Assembly (NCBI RefSeq): GCF_001194135.2
Contig: NC_069001.1
Location: 32,868,780-32,932,779 of the forward strand
DNA from: Octopus bimaculoides
Lineage: Eukaryota
Direction: 5' to 3'
DNA: 64,000 bases
Part shown: positions 62,101 through 64,000 of the stretch, piece after piece
Layout: each line of letters opens with the position of its first letter
Numbering within the stretch: the first letter of the stretch is position 1
The notes under the pieces: generated by a model
The model's database searches: none
The model's input: only the letters and a program-made list of their open reading frames with translations
Told to the model about the DNA's origin: nothing
Translations under genes and position numbers: made by a program

Positions 62101-63079
62101 TCCAACTTTCTGTTTTAATCCTTTAGCATTCAGATTTCTCTGTCAAATGTAATGCTTATTTATTCACATTATTTTGAATTAATCATGCATTATCTTATAG
62201 CTTTGAGGTTTTTTGGACAATTTTAAGTCCAGCAGTTTGATCTCTCAGTTATTGTGTCTAACAAAGCAAATATTCAGTTATTAAAAAGACTGTACAAAGA
62301 TCAGTGAAAAATAATCAGTTGTATGTGTTATTTTCTTTGTATTTAGTTTGGTGAATAATAGTAATCTTAAACATTGATACAATGCCATAAATTTAGGGAA
62401 AGGAATGTAGTTGTTCGATGATTAACCCTTTAGCATTTAAACCAGCCGTATTAGGCCCAAATATTTTATTTGTCTTGTGTTTAAATTGGCAGATCCAGCC
62501 TCTCATACTTACCCTACAATGCCATTCTAAAAATAAACAATCATATTGCAATCTTGAATCAATGAGATAACAACTGATTAATTTAAAACAATGTGGATGA
62601 ATAAGTATTATTTTTAACAGAATAATCATGATGTTAAAAGGTTACATTGATTAAACGCTAGTACTTGTTTTCATTGAGTCAGGTGGGATTGGAATCCTGA
62701 ACATAAAGGGACTTAATGAAATACCACAATATACTTTGTCTGTTGCTCTCTACTCAGCCTATGAATCACTTTCCTTTTCCAATGTATAATAATTTTATCA
62801 TTTCATATATATAAATATTCTTTTCTTTCTCTTTAAACAGATTATCGAAATAACTATAGTTCGGGTCGGTCATCTCGGAACTATCACCAAGTAAGTAACC
62901 GAGGTCATCGAAGAGGAGATGGGGGCTACAGAGGAAATTCCGATTCTTATTACCCGAACGAACAAAGAGTACAGTACCTAGGTCGGGCAGTGCATTTTGG
63001 GGCACGTCGGTCCCGGCCTGGTGGAGTGTCAAGGCTGAAGACAAATTCTCGAGACCAAGATAATTCAGTTTACAGATAA
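25624..63079 (+). CDS. SPATS2: SPATS2/SPATS2L-family protein (spermatogenesis-associated serine-rich protein 2-like, DUF1387 family); 15 coding exons joined; N-terminal start exon unresolved
   Basis: Manual splicing of 15 AG/GT-bounded exons gives one uninterrupted frame: [73 protein letters not shown]...KQKKKNKKK...[16 protein letters not shown]...[16 protein letters not shown]...[25 protein letters not shown]...FGEI...YR*. This matches my recollection of vertebrate SPATS2 motifs ([89 protein letters not shown]). Every intron phase is compatible. Confidence 0.93.
26891..27080. repeat. Second fold-back copy of the same family, with a partial hammerhead (helix II, GAAAC, GUU) on the plus strand
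   Basis: 22-bp perfect palindrome TCCAGCCTTCA|TGAAGGCTGGA at 26943-26964; GGCTG/CAGCC stem at 26958-26977; GAAACGTT at 26978-26985; outer inverted arms homologous to the 17928-18039 arms. Confidence 0.8.
27273..27613 (+). mobile_element. tRNA-derived SINE family A, best copy (GGTGCAGGAGTGGCTGTGTGGTAAG...GGTTCAGTCCC...GGAAACTGAAAGAAGCC, central microsatellite, conserved tail)
   Basis: A/B-box-like head. More than 15 diverged copies: + near 608, 2466, 11112, 15848, 18867, 28995, 31043, 32130, 33925, 46522, 54473, 56860; - near 10620-10780, 20630-20790, 23273-23460, 27905-27956, 53000-53150. Confidence 0.85.
30240..30830 (-). mobile_element. Hammerhead-bearing repeat remnant(s) embedded in (TA)n, probably Penelope-like or non-autonomous; boundaries approximate
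   Basis: Contains the hammerhead at 30516-30586 and a degenerate hammerhead-like motif at 30355-30394, separated by TA microsatellite; no RT or GIY-YIG ORF seen. Confidence 0.4.
30516..30586 (-). ncRNA. Minimal type I hammerhead ribozyme motif (Penelope-like element / retrozyme type)
   Basis: Minus strand reads UUUUGCGG-CUGAAGA-U-AGCUUUGUA...UAUAAAGCU-U-GAAAC-ACGU-GUA/CCGCGGAA. Both core boxes are present. Helix I is 4 Watson-Crick pairs plus 4 more including wobbles, helix II has at least 9 pairs, helix III is the palindrome ACACGUGU, and the cleavage triplet is GUA. The only defect is U-U at the base of helix II. Confidence 0.65.
34076..34305 (+). mobile_element. SINE family B (GAGCTGGCAGAA...GAGTTCAAATTC...GTCGACTTTGCCTTTCATCC) inserted into a family-A SINE
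   Basis: 16-bp TSD CAGAAACTGAAAGAAG at 34060-34075 and 34306-34321. Confidence 0.85.
35011..35088. repeat. Compound trinucleotide repeat (CTA)5(CTG)8(CTA)13
   Basis: Counted directly; 240 nt upstream of exon c2. Confidence 0.95.
35329..35437 (+). CDS. SPATS2: SPATS2-like coding exon c2 (109 nt, phase 0 to 1): [36 protein letters not shown]
   Basis: ttttgccag acceptor; AAG/gtgggt donor; most conserved N-terminal block of the family. Confidence 0.95.
35827..36058 (-). mobile_element. SINE family B inserted into a family-C SINE
   Basis: 11-bp TSD TATGCATGTGT at 35816-35826 and 36059-36069. Other copies near 7425-7570 (-), 17810-17880, 22360-22456, 28385-28600 (-), 44370-44560, 49678-49890 (-) and 51555-51770. 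Confidence 0.85.
37252..38041. mobile_element. Fold-back / long-TIR element: about 200-bp inverted arms around an AT-rich core
   Basis: 37252-37410 aligns by eye as the reverse complement of 37886-38041 (roughly 85% identity); the arms extend inward to about 37468 / 37839. Confidence 0.75.
38175..38221 (+). CDS. SPATS2: SPATS2-like coding exon c3 (47 nt, phase 1 to 0): (D)[15 protein letters not shown]
   Basis: gttcttcag acceptor; AAG/gtgagt donor; LKEW motif. Confidence 0.92.
39234..39360 (+). CDS. SPATS2: SPATS2-like coding exon c4 (127 nt, phase 0 to 1): [42 protein letters not shown]
   Basis: actttgtag acceptor; ATG/gtaagt donor; KKKNKKK basic patch as in SPATS2. Confidence 0.92.
40084..41350. 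repeat. 20-bp minisatellite (CTCTGGCATACTCTCTCCAR) across the N gap 40223-40989, decaying to the right
   Basis: Direct tandem units with period 20 (one 22-bp variant) and no spacers. Confidence 0.95.
41901..42230 (+). CDS. SPATS2: SPATS2-like coding exon c5 (330 nt, phase 1 to 1): Ser-rich linker (G)[13 protein letters not shown]...SANSLPKT
   Basis: long pyrimidine tract then gttccag acceptor; CAG/gtatat donor; open frame seen in ORF 41813-42271. Confidence 0.85.
46305..46385 (+). CDS. SPATS2: SPATS2-like coding exon c6 (81 nt, phase 1 to 1): (G)[26 protein letters not shown]
   Basis: ttttctctcag acceptor; CAG/gtgtga donor; frame compatible with c5 and c7. Confidence 0.8.
46931..47142. mobile_element. 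Tc1/mariner (pogo/Tigger-like) MITE remnant
   Basis: TA-CAGTAATCCC at the left end and GAGGTTACTG at the right end form an imperfect TIR; right TSD degraded. Confidence 0.45.
50420..51000 (-). mobile_element. Possible decayed R4/Dong-like (RLE-type) non-LTR retrotransposon fragment
   Basis: Minus-strand STKPL (50740-50754) and HNQML (50470-50484) about 85 codons apart, spacing like the K.LHG ... RHN/D motifs of RLE LINE C-termini; heavily decayed. Confidence 0.35.
51998..52127 (+). CDS. SPATS2: SPATS2-like coding exon c7 (130 nt, phase 1 to 2): (G)[42 protein letters not shown]
   Basis: gttttag acceptor; TTG/gtgagt donor; conserved EKS.KDL.R.TVSL coiled-coil start. Confidence 0.95.
55048..55106 (+). 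CDS. SPATS2: SPATS2-like coding exon c8 (59 nt, phase 2 to 1): (C)[19 protein letters not shown]
   Basis: ccttctccag acceptor; CAG/gtttgt donor; CL..RE...L.E.DKV motif. Confidence 0.93.
56211..56448. mobile_element. hAT-superfamily MITE
   Basis: Perfect 13-bp TIR CAGTGGTTCTCAA / TTGAGAACCACTG and perfect 8-bp TSD TTTTAAAT (56203-56210, 56449-56456). Related ends occur near 3412, 18045-18190, 27900 and 47633. Confidence 0.9.
56530..56639 (+). CDS. SPATS2: SPATS2-like coding exon c9 (110 nt, phase 1 to 0): (E)[36 protein letters not shown]
   Basis: tttttgcag acceptor; AAG/gtttgt donor; conserved ELR..IK. Confidence 0.93.
57816..57896 (+). CDS. SPATS2: SPATS2-like coding exon c10 (81 nt, phase 0 to 0): [27 protein letters not shown]
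   Basis: atttgcag acceptor; AAT/gtaagt donor; FVS.R..DED.GR..RF motif. Confidence 0.95.
58974..58995 (+). CDS. SPATS2: SPATS2-like coding microexon c11 (22 nt, phase 0 to 1): EINKFGE
   Basis: long U tract then tttcag acceptor; AAA/gtaagt donor; supplies the conserved I..FG.V/I and is needed to keep frame between c10 and c12. Confidence 0.85.
59810..59953 (+). CDS. SPATS2: SPATS2-like coding exon c12 (144 nt, phase 1 to 1): (I)[21 protein letters not shown]...LPEEMN
   Basis: tttcttcag acceptor; ACG/gtaact donor; P.N...YS resembles SPATS2 HPKNSYS. Confidence 0.85.
60287..60390 (+). CDS. SPATS2: SPATS2-like coding exon c13 (104 nt, phase 1 to 0): (G)[34 protein letters not shown]
   Basis: ttacttcag acceptor; CAG/gtttga donor; Ser/Asn-rich and frame compatible. 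Confidence 0.8.
61300..61640. repeat. Internally amplified tandem array (about 60-bp subunits, about 130-150-bp higher-order unit) inside a family-D-related element
   Basis: Recurrent AAAAAGCACC...GAGTGTTGGGCCTCA...GCAA blocks near 61310, 61374, 61443, 61505 and 61592. Confidence 0.7.
61983..62025 (+). CDS. SPATS2: SPATS2-like coding exon c14 (43 nt, phase 0 to 1): [14 protein letters not shown]
   Basis: ttttcttcag acceptor; CAG/gtaatt donor; frame compatible. Confidence 0.75.
62841..63079 (+). CDS. SPATS2: SPATS2-like terminal coding exon c15: (D)[31 protein letters not shown]...DNSVYR*
   Basis: ctctttaaacag acceptor; open frame to TAA at 63077-63079; R/G/S/Y-rich tail as in the SPATS2 C-terminus; AT-rich UTR-like sequence follows. 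Confidence 0.8.
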
Positions 63080-63685
63080 TTAACTCTCCCTCCCCCTTTC
63101 TTCTCCACCCTTTTTGGAGTTGAGTTGATGGAAAACAAGGTACAAAAAAATTAAGTTTAAGAGTCCCCACTTCCACTTAACATGTAACAACAGTAAATAT
63201 ACAATCATTCACGCATTCACTTTACACATGAATGCATGCACTCATATTGTCATGATACATACACACATAATATTAAAAGGTTTTTTTTTTTCTCTTTCCT
63301 TTAATTCCTTCTTAGTTAGGTTTAACATAAATACTAAAAAATGTATAAAATAATGAAAAGTTAAAGAAACAAATGGCAAAATACAGAACAACCAAATCAG
63401 TCAAAAAAAATCAGGGAAATTAATCTATATGTACTATGTCATTATAATTGTCTCCCTTCGATAATGCTCTCTCTCTTTTCTCTTTCTTTTTTCTCTCTCT
63501 CTCTTCCTTCCTCCCTCCCTCCCTCTATCTCTCAGTCTATCTCCCTCTCAAAACGGAACCCAACAAGACATTTCTAAACATGAAACTAATTCTAGAAATG
63601 ATTGTTTATGTTTGTCTTGAAATTTAGGGAGGGCAAGAAAAAAAAAAAAAAAAAATTTGGAAATTTCATGTTTAAAAAAAAAAGA

Positions 63686-63701
63686 AATAAAATTTAATAA
63701 A
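63686..63701 (+). promoter_or_regulatory. Two AATAAA candidate polyadenylation signals (63686-63691, 63696-63701)
   Basis: About 600 nt past the stop codon, but the region is very A-rich so chance matches are likely. Confidence 0.3.
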
Positions 63702-64000
63702 AATATAATTATTAAAAAATGCAAGAAAGAAGAAACAACAATATGTTTGGAAAATATTCTTTATGTAAGCTAAACTATTTCTATTTCTACAATTTTTCCC
63801 CACTAAAAAGAAAAAAAAAAAGAATCAGCTCTTTATGAATCCTCTTTCATGTATTCGCCTTCGATGCTGAGCAAACATTATCCTTCCAGAATAACATTTT
63901 TTTTCCAAAGATATCCAAAGATATCCAATACATATCGATCACTAAAACGTTATAAAAACTGTATTGATTTGTTATCAAGTGTCTTCTGTTATTATTATTA

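Noticed and set aside
62766-63176. 136-aa minus-strand ORF as an antisense gene
   Set aside because: It is the shadow of coding exon c15 and has no independent support.

Overview
AT-rich, microsatellite- and SINE-dense eukaryotic genomic DNA with eight N gaps (about 3.6 kb). The repeat families look like octopus/coleoid cephalopod ones (my recognition, not database-checked). One protein-coding gene is supported: a plus-strand SPATS2/SPATS2L-family gene. I assembled it by hand from 15 GT-AG coding exons (25624-63079) with consistent phases: 1706 nt, about 568 aa from the first split Asp codon. The start exon is unresolved. The rest is intronic or intergenic: at least four SINE-type families, decayed RTE-type and possibly R4-type LINE fragments, piggyBac-, hAT- and Tc1/mariner-like MITEs, minisatellites and microsatellites. 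The most notable non-coding signals are (i) a complete-looking minimal type I hammerhead ribozyme on the minus strand at 30516-30586, (ii) two fold-back copies of a second hammerhead-bearing repeat whose dyad axes fall inside the ribozyme motif (17928-18039, 26891-27080), (iii) further near-perfect hairpins and long inverted repeats, and (iv) young inverted SINE pairs bracketing coding exons. There is no CRISPR array, rRNA gene or true tRNA gene. Hammerheads in Penelope-like elements and retrozymes are a known class, so any novelty would be in this family and its fold-back behaviour.
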